DNA of 64,000 bases, taken from NCBI GenBank assembly GCA_963770765.1, contig CAVYQS010000012.1, positions 30,333-94,332 of the forward strand, read 5' to 3'. The position numbers and the translations under genes were made by a program. The DNA comes from an uncultured Actinomycetes bacterium. GTDB lineage: Bacteria > Actinomycetota > Coriobacteriia > Anaerosomatales > PHET01. The notes under the pieces were generated by a model. That model was given only the letters and a program-made list of their open reading frames with translations, was not told the origin of the DNA and did no database searches. Positions 45,703-53,890 of this stretch are shown one piece after another (within the stretch, counting starts at the first letter, position 1; each line of letters begins with the position of its first letter).

Positions 45703-46599
45703 TTACTGGTCGAGCACGCCTACGTGGCGCATGACTCGCGCGAGCTCGGCGGTCTGCTCGGTGGAGGCGTTCACGAGCGGCAGACGCACGCCGCCCACGT
45801 CGAACCCCTGCAACGAGAGCCCCTCCTTGACCATGATGGGGTTCGCCGTCATGAACAGCGCCTTCATCAGCGGAAGCAGTTCCAGGTGGATACGCAAAGC
45901 GCGGGTATGGTCGCCTGCGGTTCGCGCTTCGATCATCTCTTTGAAACGCGGACCCGCAACATGGCTGAGAACCGAGATGACCCCGGTTCCACCCAGCCCC
46001 ATCATGGGCAGCGTCATCTCGTCGTCTCCCGAGAGCACCTCGAAGCCGTCAGGAGCACCGTCGATGATCTGGGCGATCTGCGTCAGGTCGCCGCTCGCCT
46101 CTTTGACCGCGACGATGTTCTCACAGTCCCGAGCGAGCCGGAGCGTGGTCTCGGCTGTCATGTTGATCACACAGCGGCCGGGGATGTTGTACAGGATGAC
46201 GGGCGCGTCGACCGCCGAAGCGATCGCGCGGAAGTGCCGGTAGAGGCCCTCCTGCGGCGGCTTGTTGTAGTAGGGAACAACGGCCATGATCGCGTCGACG
46301 CCGAGCGCGACCACCTTGCGTGCGAACTCCACAGAGTCATCCGTGCAGTTGTCACCGGCGTTGGCGATGACGGGAGCGCGGCCCCCCACCGACTCGACGA
46401 TCGTACGGAAGAGCTCGACCTTCTGGTCGTAGAAGACGGTGGGGCTCTCGCCTGTCGTACCGCAGACCACAAGCGCGTCACTACCCTGTGAGAGCAGCCT
46501 ATCGGCCAGTTCGGCTGCGCGGGGCAGGTCGAGCGCGTTGTCTGCGGTGAATGGCGTCACCATGGCCGTGATCATTCGGCCGAAGCGCGGCGTGGTCAT
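45703..46599 (-). CDS. dapA: 4-hydroxy-tetrahydrodipicolinate synthase
   Basis: MVTPF...GTTGESPT, YNIPGR, and active-site Lys context VAVKEASGD. Confidence 0.93.
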   Translation of the reverse strand: MTTPRFGRMITAMVTPFTADNALDLPRAAELADRLLSQGSDALVVCGTTGESPTVFYDQKVELFRTIVESVGGRAPVIANAGDNCTDDSVEFARKVVALGVDAIMAVVPYYNKPPQEGLYRHFRAIASAVDAPVILYNIPGRCVINMTAETTLRLARDCENIVAVKEASGDLTQIAQIIDGAPDGFEVLSGDDEMTLPMMGLGGTGVISVLSHVAGPRFKEMIEARTAGDHTRALRIHLELLPLMKALFMTANPIMVKEGLSLQGFDVGGVRLPLVNASTEQTAELARVMRHVGVLDQ

Positions 46600-46731
46600 C
46601 TGTGGTCAGCCCCTCGTGCGAACCGCCGACGCGTGACGCCGGCGGTGAGCGTGCGTTCCAGCTGCCCATTGTGCCACACCGAGCAGGTGTTCGCTGGTGT
46701 CCCGCAAGCCCGTTGCTGAGGCGTCACGCCA

Positions 46732-47973
46732 TCACTTTCCCAGATCGAACCCGGCGTGCAACGCCGCCACCGCAGTCGCCGCATCACGCTCCGGCACCAA
46801 CACCGAGATCGTCGTGTGCGAGTCGGCCGTCTGCACCACGTTGACACCCGCATCGGCCAGACACTCCGCCATGCGGGCCATCACACCGGGCACGCCGTGC
46901 ATACCCGCACCGACGAGGGTCACCTTGGCGAGATCCGCCGCGACCTGATGTGCGAACCCGAGCGCCTCGAGCACCGCGCACGCCGCACCCAGGGCAGCCT
47001 TCCCGACCGAGAAGACCAGCGTCTCCCCTGCAGGAGTGAACATGTCGAGCGAGACCCCCGCGTCGGCCATCGCCCGATAGACCCGCGCCTGCGCCGACAT
47101 GTGCTCGGGTGTCCCCTCGCGCGCGGGAAGCGTGACCCGAATGCGCGCCACGTCCGCTGTGTGTGTGACAGCGGTCGCGACCGTCGAAGGGCGGTAGGCC
47201 GCGATGTCGGCGACGAGCGTGCCGGGGTGATCGGTATAGGTGTTGCGCACTCGCACCGTCATGCCGCTCTCGAGCGCGAGCTCGGCTGCCGGCGTGTGTA
47301 CCACTCGGCTGCCATGTTTGGCCATCTGGAACAGCTCGTCGGCCCGCACGACCTCGAGCACCTCGGCACCGTCGCACGTGCGCGGATCGGCGGTCATGAC
47401 ACCGTCGACATCGGTGTAGATCTCGACTTCGGCCGCTCCCAGCGCGACTCCCAATGCACACGCGGTGGTGTCGCTTCCGCCGCGCCCCAGCGTGGTCAGG
47501 CGCCCGTCATCGGCGATGCCCTGAAAGCCGCAGACCACCGGAACGAGGCCGTCGGCCATCGAGGCGGCGAGCGGACCCGTGTGGATCTCGGTGACCGCCG
47601 ATGAGCCGGCGACACCGTCGGTGCGGATACCCGCCTCGGCACCGGTGAACGCGTTCGCTGCGATACCCCTTGCTCTCAGCTCATGGGCCACGACGATCGC
47701 CGAGATGACCTCGCCGACGCTGGCAAGCAGGTCGGTCTCGCGGGCATCCGGGGGCATGCCCTCCACGAGGCCGAGCAGGGTGTCCGTCGCGTACGGCGCG
47801 CCCTTGCGCCCCATCGCCGAGACCACGACGACCGGTGCCTTGTCGAGTTCAAGCGCCTCGGTCACTCTCGCGGCGATGGCCGCACGGCCCTTCTCGGTCG
47901 CCACCGAGGTCCCGCCGAACTTCATCACCACGACGGGACGGTCGACGCCGGGCACTCCACCCTCGCGCGTCAC
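46732..47973 (-). CDS. lysC: aspartate kinase
   Basis: VMKFGGTSV, VVVSAMG, GRGGSDTTA, and C-terminal tandem ACT domains. A later start around 47940 is possible. Confidence 0.9.
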   Translation of the reverse strand: MTREGGVPGVDRPVVVMKFGGTSVATEKGRAAIAARVTEALELDKAPVVVVSAMGRKGAPYATDTLLGLVEGMPPDARETDLLASVGEVISAIVVAHELRARGIAANAFTGAEAGIRTDGVAGSSAVTEIHTGPLAASMADGLVPVVCGFQGIADDGRLTTLGRGGSDTTACALGVALGAAEVEIYTDVDGVMTADPRTCDGAEVLEVVRADELFQMAKHGSRVVHTPAAELALESGMTVRVRNTYTDHPGTLVADIAAYRPSTVATAVTHTADVARIRVTLPAREGTPEHMSAQARVYRAMADAGVSLDMFTPAGETLVFSVGKAALGAACAVLEALGFAHQVAADLAKVTLVGAGMHGVPGVMARMAECLADAGVNVVQTADSHTTISVLVPERDAATAVAALHAGFDLGK

Positions 47974-47974
47974 C

Positions 47975-48766
47975 CTACTCCCCCATCAGATTCTCAAGGC
48001 CCACCACGAGCCCCGAGCGAGACGCCACCTCACGGATCGCCAGCACCACGCCCGGCATGAACGACGTGCGGTCGATCGAGTCGTGCCGGATGGTCAGCGT
48101 CTGTCCCTGGCCACCGAAGATGACCTCCTGGTGCGCGACGAGACCCGGCAAGCGCACCGAGTGGACCGCCACATCGGCCACGAGCGCACCGCGCGCACCG
48201 TCCATGCCATCGAGTTCGGTCTCACGACCGGGCGCGGGCGGTGCCTCACGCCGAGCGGCCGCTACGAGCCGTGCGGTACGGATCGCGGTACCGGACGGTG
48301 CGTCGAGCTTCCTGTCGTGGTGCAGTTCGATGATCTCGGCATGCGGCATGAAGCGCGCGGCCTTCTCGGCGAACTGCATCATCAAGACGGCGCCGACCGC
48401 GAAGTTCGGCGCGAAGAAGAGGCACGTGCCCTGAGGTGCCAGCAGCGCGAGCTCTTCGAGCAGCTCGTCGGAGAGCCCGGTGGTGCCCACCACGCAGTCG
48501 ACACCGGCGGCGAGCGCGATCCGCAGGTTCGCCTCGACCACATCCGGCCGCGTGAAATCGACCATCACGTCAGGCCTGAACGCTGCGATGGCGGCGCTCA
48601 GGTCCTGCGTGCACTCGATGTGCGCGCCATGAGCATCAACGACGAAACAGCCGGATACGCCGGGGTCCACCGCGGCGACGACCTGCATCCCTTCGGCGTC
48701 AGTGACGGCCTTGACGACCTCCGAGCCCATCTTCCCGGCGGCTCCGGTGACCAGAACGCGAATCAT
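47975..48766 (-). CDS. dapB: 4-hydroxy-tetrahydrodipicolinate reductase
   Basis: VTGAAGKMG Rossmann motif, ELHHDRKLDAPSGTA. Confidence 0.93.
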   Translation of the reverse strand: MIRVLVTGAAGKMGSEVVKAVTDAEGMQVVAAVDPGVSGCFVVDAHGAHIECTQDLSAAIAAFRPDVMVDFTRPDVVEANLRIALAAGVDCVVGTTGLSDELLEELALLAPQGTCLFFAPNFAVGAVLMMQFAEKAARFMPHAEIIELHHDRKLDAPSGTAIRTARLVAAARREAPPAPGRETELDGMDGARGALVADVAVHSVRLPGLVAHQEVIFGGQGQTLTIRHDSIDRTSFMPGVVLAIREVASRSGLVVGLENLMGE

Positions 48767-48796
48767 GCGGACTCCTTACGCATACGGAAGCGGACC

Positions 48797-50050
48797 CTAG
48801 CGAACGAGCGGCTCGAGCTTCTCACGGGTGAACGGGCCGATGACGGCCATGACCTTTTCGGCAGAGAGCACGCTGGCGCTCACGCGGCGCAGGTCGTCCA
48901 TGGTCACGGCGTCGAAGCGCTCCATGATCTCGTCGGCCGAGAGGATCTCGCCGCCGGTGACTTCGTTCTTGCCCAATCGCGTCATGCGGTTGCGGGTGGA
49001 CTCCATTCCCAGCACGAGGTGGCCCTGAGCGGACTGGCGCACGCGTTCGAACTCGTCGGCGTTGACGCCCGACTCGGCGATGCGCTCCATCTCGATGTGG
49101 ATGAGGCGGATGACCTCCTCGGCGTTCTCGGGACGGGTGCCGGCGTATACCGCGAACTCGCCGGTGTCTTGGTACAGCGCCGAGAAGGAGTAGACCGCGT
49201 AAGCCAACCCGCGCTTCTCGCGTATCTCCTGGAAGAGGCGTGAGGACATCCCGCCGCCGAGCACGCCATCGAGCAGCGCGAGCGCGAAACGGTCGGGGTG
49301 GTGAGCGTTCATCGTGGCGACGCCGTAACAGATGTGCGCCTGCTCGGTCTCCTTCTCGACCACCGAGAGCTGCGCTTCGCTCACCGCGTCCGCGACCGGG
49401 CGAACCGAGCGCGGGCCCTTGGGCAGGTCGCCGAGATAGCGTTCGGTGAGGCGCACGAGGTCCTCGTGGTCGACGTTGCCCGACGCCGCGATGACACAGT
49501 TGCCGGTCAGGTAGTGCTTCGAACGGAACGCGACGGACTGGGCCTGGTCGAAGCCGCCCACCGTGGCGCGGCTGCCGAGGATCGGGAGCCCGATGGGGTG
49601 CGACGGCCACAGCGCGTGATTGAAGAGTTCGTGGATGCGGTCGTCGGGCGTGTCCTCCATGCGCGCGATCTCTTCGATGACGACCTCGCGTTCCGACTGG
49701 CAGGAGTCGTCAGAGAGCTGCGCGTCGACGACCATGTCGGCAAGCACCTCGAACGCGGTGGGGAGGTGCTGGTCCACGAAGCGGCTGTAGTAGCAGGTGT
49801 ACTCCTTGGAGGTGAACGCGTTGAGCTCGGCGCCCAGCCGGTCGAACTCCTCCGAGATGTCCTTGGCGCTTCGCGTGGAGGTGCCCTTGAACATCATGTG
49901 CTCCATGAAGTGAGACATGCCCGCTTCGGCCGGCGACTCGTCGCGGCTCCCCACGGCGAACCAGATGCCCAAGGCGATGGAGCGCACCGAGTCCATCGGC
50001 TCGGACATGATGGTGATCCCATTGTCGAGCACCGTTTTGCGATAGAACAT
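48797..50050 (-). CDS. M16 family zinc peptidase
   Basis: Inverted zincin motif HFMEHMMFKGT with a downstream E. 417 aa. Confidence 0.85.
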   Translation of the reverse strand: MFYRKTVLDNGITIMSEPMDSVRSIALGIWFAVGSRDESPAEAGMSHFMEHMMFKGTSTRSAKDISEEFDRLGAELNAFTSKEYTCYYSRFVDQHLPTAFEVLADMVVDAQLSDDSCQSEREVVIEEIARMEDTPDDRIHELFNHALWPSHPIGLPILGSRATVGGFDQAQSVAFRSKHYLTGNCVIAASGNVDHEDLVRLTERYLGDLPKGPRSVRPVADAVSEAQLSVVEKETEQAHICYGVATMNAHHPDRFALALLDGVLGGGMSSRLFQEIREKRGLAYAVYSFSALYQDTGEFAVYAGTRPENAEEVIRLIHIEMERIAESGVNADEFERVRQSAQGHLVLGMESTRNRMTRLGKNEVTGGEILSADEIMERFDAVTMDDLRRVSASVLSAEKVMAVIGPFTREKLEPLVR

Positions 50051-50231
50051 AAGACCCCTTCCGGGCCGAGAAGTGCTGAATCCACATCATACCGCGACCA
50101 CACCGCCCCGAGCTGACAGGAAGCCGCGTGCGCCGTCGATAGCCGTGAACGCGCGGTCTGCTGCACAATTCAGTCATACTGCACGGGAGGCCGCTTCTCG
50201 CACCATCCCGCCACGCGACGACAGGGAGCGC

Positions 50232-51437
50232 ATGCAGAGCCGATCGCACAAGGGCCACAGGGACACGCGCCCCTTATCGGCGCGCATGACGCGGTCGCTC
50301 GGCCTCGTGCTCGCTTGCGCACTCCTCGCCGGCTCGCTCAGCTTCGCCCCGAGCGCCGCGCTCGCGTCCAAGCTCGGCTCGGACCGCGTGGGTGGCTACC
50401 GGGTGTCCTCGAGCCGCATAGCGACCTCCACCGCGCCCGACATCACCGCGAAGTCCGGCGCTCTTGTGGCAGGCAACAGAGTGCTGTGGTCACGCAAGCT
50501 CGACTCCCAGCGCGCGATGGCGAGCACGACCAAGATCATGACCGCACTGCTCGTACTGGAGAACTGCGGTCTGAAAGAGACCGTCACGATCACCAAGACC
50601 GCGGCACGGACTCCCTACGCGACCGGGCTACGCACCGGAGAGAGGCGCAGCGTGAGGAAACTCCTCGAACTCACGCTGGTGGCATCTTCCAACGATGCCG
50701 CGAACGCCCTCGCGATCCACGTCGCGGGCTCGCGCAAGGGTTTCGCGAAGAGAATGAACGCTCGGGCCAAGCAGCTCGGGATGACGAACACTCGCTTCGT
50801 CAACGCGCACGGCCTCGACGCCAAGGGCCACTACTCGTCGGCTGCCGACCTCACCACGCTGATGCGCGCTGCGATCAAGCACCCCGAGTTCAAGCGGATC
50901 ATCAAGATGCGCTCGGTCAAGCTTCCCCGCTACAAGAAGCGTGGGGCGCGCACCATCAGAAGCACCGACAAGCTCCTGGGTCAGGTCTCGGGTCTGCGCG
51001 GCGGCAAGACCGGGTTCACCAACGACGCACGCTACTGCTTCGTCTCCAGCGCGAGACGAGATGGGGTCACGCTCACTGCCGTCGTGCTGGGCGCTTCGAA
51101 CTCCTCCGCGCGCTTCACGAGTTCGAAGCGTCTGCTCACGTGGGGCTTCAAGTACTACCGGATCAGGACGCTGGGTACCGCCGGACAGACGGTGGGCACC
51201 GCGTCGCTCTCGGGCGGGCCCGGCGGTCAGGTGGGTGTGAAGCTCGCGAAGACCGTCTCGGTACCGGTCATGGCGCTGCTGGGTCCGGTGGCCCGGACCG
51301 TCGAACTGCAGCCGGTGGCAGCGCCGGTCAAGGCCGGAGACAAGGTGGGCACCGTGCGCTACATCCAAGGATCCGAGGTCATCGCCAGCACGGACGCAGT
51401 GGCTGCGGCATCGGTGGCGGCTAGCGCGACTCCGTAG
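50232..51437 (+). CDS. D-alanyl-D-alanine carboxypeptidase (S11, PBP5/DacB-like)
   Basis: Signal peptide. SxxK ASTTKIMT, SxN SSNDAA, KTG KTGFT. ATG 50286 is an alternative start. Confidence 0.85.
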   Translation: MQSRSHKGHRDTRPLSARMTRSLGLVLACALLAGSLSFAPSAALASKLGSDRVGGYRVSSSRIATSTAPDITAKSGALVAGNRVLWSRKLDSQRAMASTTKIMTALLVLENCGLKETVTITKTAARTPYATGLRTGERRSVRKLLELTLVASSNDAANALAIHVAGSRKGFAKRMNARAKQLGMTNTRFVNAHGLDAKGHYSSAADLTTLMRAAIKHPEFKRIIKMRSVKLPRYKKRGARTIRSTDKLLGQVSGLRGGKTGFTNDARYCFVSSARRDGVTLTAVVLGASNSSARFTSSKRLLTWGFKYYRIRTLGTAGQTVGTASLSGGPGGQVGVKLAKTVSVPVMALLGPVARTVELQPVAAPVKAGDKVGTVRYIQGSEVIASTDAVAAASVAASATP

Positions 51438-51936
51438 CACTCACCACCATCCGCCACGCTTCGAGCTTCTCCGCGAAGCTCAGGGACGCGTTGGCCGGAC
51501 TCGTGGAGGGAAGCCGAACGAGATCCACCGCGAGATCGTTCGGCAGCTCCGGTGCGACGTGCCGCGCGAACAGCGCCTGCGCGGTCGCCCCGTTGAAGAA
51601 GACCGTCTTGATACCGCGATGGGCACTCAGCAGACCGCCGATGTCGTTGGCTACCGCCGAGGCGCCGACGATGTCCACGTCAAGACTCCCGGGCCGCTCG
51701 GCCTCGTGCAGCACATCCCAGACCGCGATGCCCGCCGCGGTCACGAGCGCGGTGCGTTCAGGGTAACTGAGCACTGTTCCCGAACCGAGCAGCCGCTCCA
51801 TGATGGGCCAGAAGGCATTGCGGTGATGGCCATAGTACTCACCGAGTTCAAGGGAACGTACGCTGGGTACCGTGCCCAGGATGAGGACGCGCGCGCCCGG
51901 TGCGATGATGGGATCGAAACCCTCGACCACGGACAC
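51421..51936 (-). CDS. DNA-deoxyinosine (hypoxanthine) glycosylase, UDG superfamily
   Basis: GFDPIIAPGARVLILGTVPSVRSLELGEYYGHHRNAFW N-terminal signature, and STSPAN near the C-terminus. Its 3' end overlaps the convergent dacB-like gene by 17 nt. Confidence 0.75.
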   Translation of the reverse strand: MSVVEGFDPIIAPGARVLILGTVPSVRSLELGEYYGHHRNAFWPIMERLLGSGTVLSYPERTALVTAAGIAVWDVLHEAERPGSLDVDIVGASAVANDIGGLLSAHRGIKTVFFNGATAQALFARHVAPELPNDLAVDLVRLPSTSPANASLSFAEKLEAWRMVVSATESR

Positions 51937-52002
51937 GCGAGGCCCCTTCGCATCGACGCGAGCCGTCTACTCGCCACGAACCGTGACCAGAGCGTACACG
52001 AC

Positions 52003-52026
52003 GGAAGCCGCCCTCGGGCGGCCTCC
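52003..52026 (-). terminator. hairpin downstream of the Cys-rich gene
   Basis: GGAGGCCGCCC-ga-GGGCGGCTTCC on the minus strand (one G-U pair), followed by GTCGTGT. Confidence 0.45.
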
Positions 52027-52058
52027 GCGATTCAGTGCTGATGCGTGTGACTTCTGCG

Positions 52059-52412
52059 CTACTGCTGGCAAGCAGCCTCACCGGAACCGCAGGCTCCCCC
52101 GCTGGGGCACCCGGCTGAAGCAGCGGCCGGGGCACAAGCGCCGCCGTTGGAGCACGCCTCAGCGCTGGCGCACGCTCCAGCTGTCGCGCACGCGCCGCCG
52201 TTGGCACACTCACCGCCCGTGGGGCACGTGCCATCAGCCGCCTTGGCGCAGCTGCCATCTGCAGCGCTGGGACACGCGACCGACGCCGACGCAGCGGCAC
52301 CGGCAGCGGGTGCAGCGGCCTTCGTCCCGGCGTTCGCGATACCGAAGCTGCCCAGCACGACCCCCGCGACAAGCGCGGCGACCACGAGAGCGACGACTTT
52401 GCGACCGTTCAT
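52059..52412 (-). CDS. secreted Ala/Gly/Cys-rich mini-protein (117 aa, 11 Cys)
   Basis: ATG 52412 lies 7 nt after GGAGG. Sec-type signal MNGRKVVALVVAALVAGVVLGSFGIANA|G. The mature part has Cys at 47, 55, 63, 69, 75, 81, 87, 93, 102, 108 and 115. Own terminator hairpin. Confidence 0.65.
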   Translation of the reverse strand: MNGRKVVALVVAALVAGVVLGSFGIANAGTKAAAPAAGAAASASVACPSAADGSCAKAADGTCPTGGECANGGACATAGACASAEACSNGGACAPAAASAGCPSGGACGSGEAACQQ

Positions 52413-52523
52413 GAGATACCTCCGGTAGTGATGCATCCACCGACGTGACGGGCTTGCACGGCCAGTATGCACATCCCGTGTGAAGACGGTGTGAACATCG
52501 AGCATTCGTCTCGGTCGCTTGAA

Positions 52524-53657
52524 CTAGGGTTTCAGCCGAGCCTTGAACGACCGGGGGTCCATGGCATAGGCCATCGCGACATCGGCCTCAACCTGGTTTC
52601 TACGCACGAGTTCAGCGAGACGCATGTCGAAGATGACCATGCCTTCCTTGAGGCCGGCCTGCATCACGTTGTCGATCTGGTGCGTCTTGCCCTCGCGGAT
52701 GAGGTTCCTCACTGCGCCGTTCGCGACGAGCACCTCGGCCACGCAGGCCCGGCCGCCCTTCGTGAGTGGCACGAGTCTCTGCGAGACGATCCCCGCAAGC
52801 GAACCTGCGAGCTGCAGCCGGATCTGCGCCTGCTGGTCGGGCGGGAACGAGTCCACGATCCGCTCGATCGACTGCGCCGCGCTGTTCGTATGCAGCGTCG
52901 CAAAGACAAGGTGGCCGGTCTCGGCAGCGCTCACCGTCGATGCGATGGTGTCGGTGTTGCGCATCTCACCGATCAGCAGGACGTCCGGGTCCTCTCGAAG
53001 CGCGCTGCGCACGGCTCGGGCGAACGACGTGGTGTCGCGGCCGAGCTCGCGCTGCTGCACGATGGCCTTGTCGTGCGCGTGCACGTACTCGATCGGGTCC
53101 TCGATAGTGATGATATGCACGTTTCGCTCACGGTTGATCTTGTCGATGATCGCGGTGAGCGTGGTCGTCTTACCGCTGCCCGACGGGCCGGTGACCAGGA
53201 CGAGCCCCTGGTTGAGCCACGCGAACGACTCGACACTCGCGGGAAGGCCGAGCTCGTCGAGGTTCGGAGCTTCATTGGGAATACGCCTCAGCACCGCGGA
53301 AGCATCGCCACGCTCCCTGAACGCGGCCACACGGTACCTGCCGAAGCCTCGACGGCCGAATGAGAAGTCGAGCTCCCACTCGCGCGAGAACTCCTCCCAC
53401 TGGCTGTCCGACATCATGCTGTGCACGAGGAACTCGGCCATCTCACAGCTCAGGATAGGTACGTTGGGGATCGTGATGATCTCGCCGTGAACACGGACGG
53501 TGGGAGCGACACCGGCGACGATGTGCACGTCGCTCGCGCCTCGCTGAACCGCGTACTCCAGCAGCCATTCGATCGGCGGCGTGACGAGTTCGACCGCATC
53601 GGCGGGTCGATCGGTGGCGCGCCTGCGCCTGTTGCTGAGACTCGGTCTGCTCGCCAC
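52524..53657 (-). CDS. pilT: PilT-type retraction ATPase (type IV pilus/T2SS secretion ATPase family)
   Basis: GASDVHI, Walker A GPSGSGKTT, Asp box ITIEDPIEY, Walker B LLIGEMR, His box TGHLVFATLHT, and AIRNLIREGK-like GAVRNLIREGK. Confidence 0.88.
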   Translation of the reverse strand: MASRPSLSNRRRRATDRPADAVELVTPPIEWLLEYAVQRGASDVHIVAGVAPTVRVHGEIITIPNVPILSCEMAEFLVHSMMSDSQWEEFSREWELDFSFGRRGFGRYRVAAFRERGDASAVLRRIPNEAPNLDELGLPASVESFAWLNQGLVLVTGPSGSGKTTTLTAIIDKINRERNVHIITIEDPIEYVHAHDKAIVQQRELGRDTTSFARAVRSALREDPDVLLIGEMRNTDTIASTVSAAETGHLVFATLHTNSAAQSIERIVDSFPPDQQAQIRLQLAGSLAGIVSQRLVPLTKGGRACVAEVLVANGAVRNLIREGKTHQIDNVMQAGLKEGMVIFDMRLAELVRRNQVEADVAMAYAMDPRSFKARLKP

Positions 53658-53835
53658 GTCTGGCTTCCCCCTTCAGCCCGCGCAACTACAGCGGGTGTCC
53701 CGATGCTGCCGCGCAGGGCCGCCCGGATACCGACTTCCGTTGAGTGACTTATCGGCAGGAAATGGTTGTGTCCTGAAGCCGCGGACCTCGCCGTCACACA
53801 CGGTGATGGCGCGCCCAGGTGACGGCACATAAGAA

Positions 53836-53867
53836 GCGAGGCCCCCGGGTCATCCCGAGGGCCTCGC
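53836..53867 (-). terminator. intrinsic terminator after pnp
   Basis: GCGAGGCCC...GGGCCTCGC with an inner CGGG/CCCG pairing. On the minus strand it is followed by TTCTTATGTG. Confidence 0.65.
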
Positions 53868-53890
53868 ATTCGCGCGGTGTTCGTTCTCGA

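Noticed and set aside
44152-46491. 779-aa plus-strand ORF
   Set aside because: It is antisense to rnj and dapA, both of which have unambiguous family motifs on the minus strand. No motif or RBS logic supports the plus-strand ORF.
46600-46731. Possible lysine riboswitch (L-box) between lysC and dapA
   Set aside because: It is too short and lacks the GAGGCGC / GGGG..GUCGCCGAAG segments I recall. Only a CCGCCG-11 nt-CGGCGG hairpin before the RBS is present.
50073-50231. N-terminal extension of the dacB-like ORF
   Set aside because: The signal peptide and RBS-like AGGGAG favour ATG 50232 (or 50286). The upstream part is Pro/Arg/Ala-rich with no function evident.
52147-52428. 93-aa His/Ala/Pro-rich ORF antisense to the Cys-rich gene
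   Set aside because: It has no RBS, signal or terminator logic. The minus-strand ORF has GGAGG, a signal peptide and a downstream hairpin.
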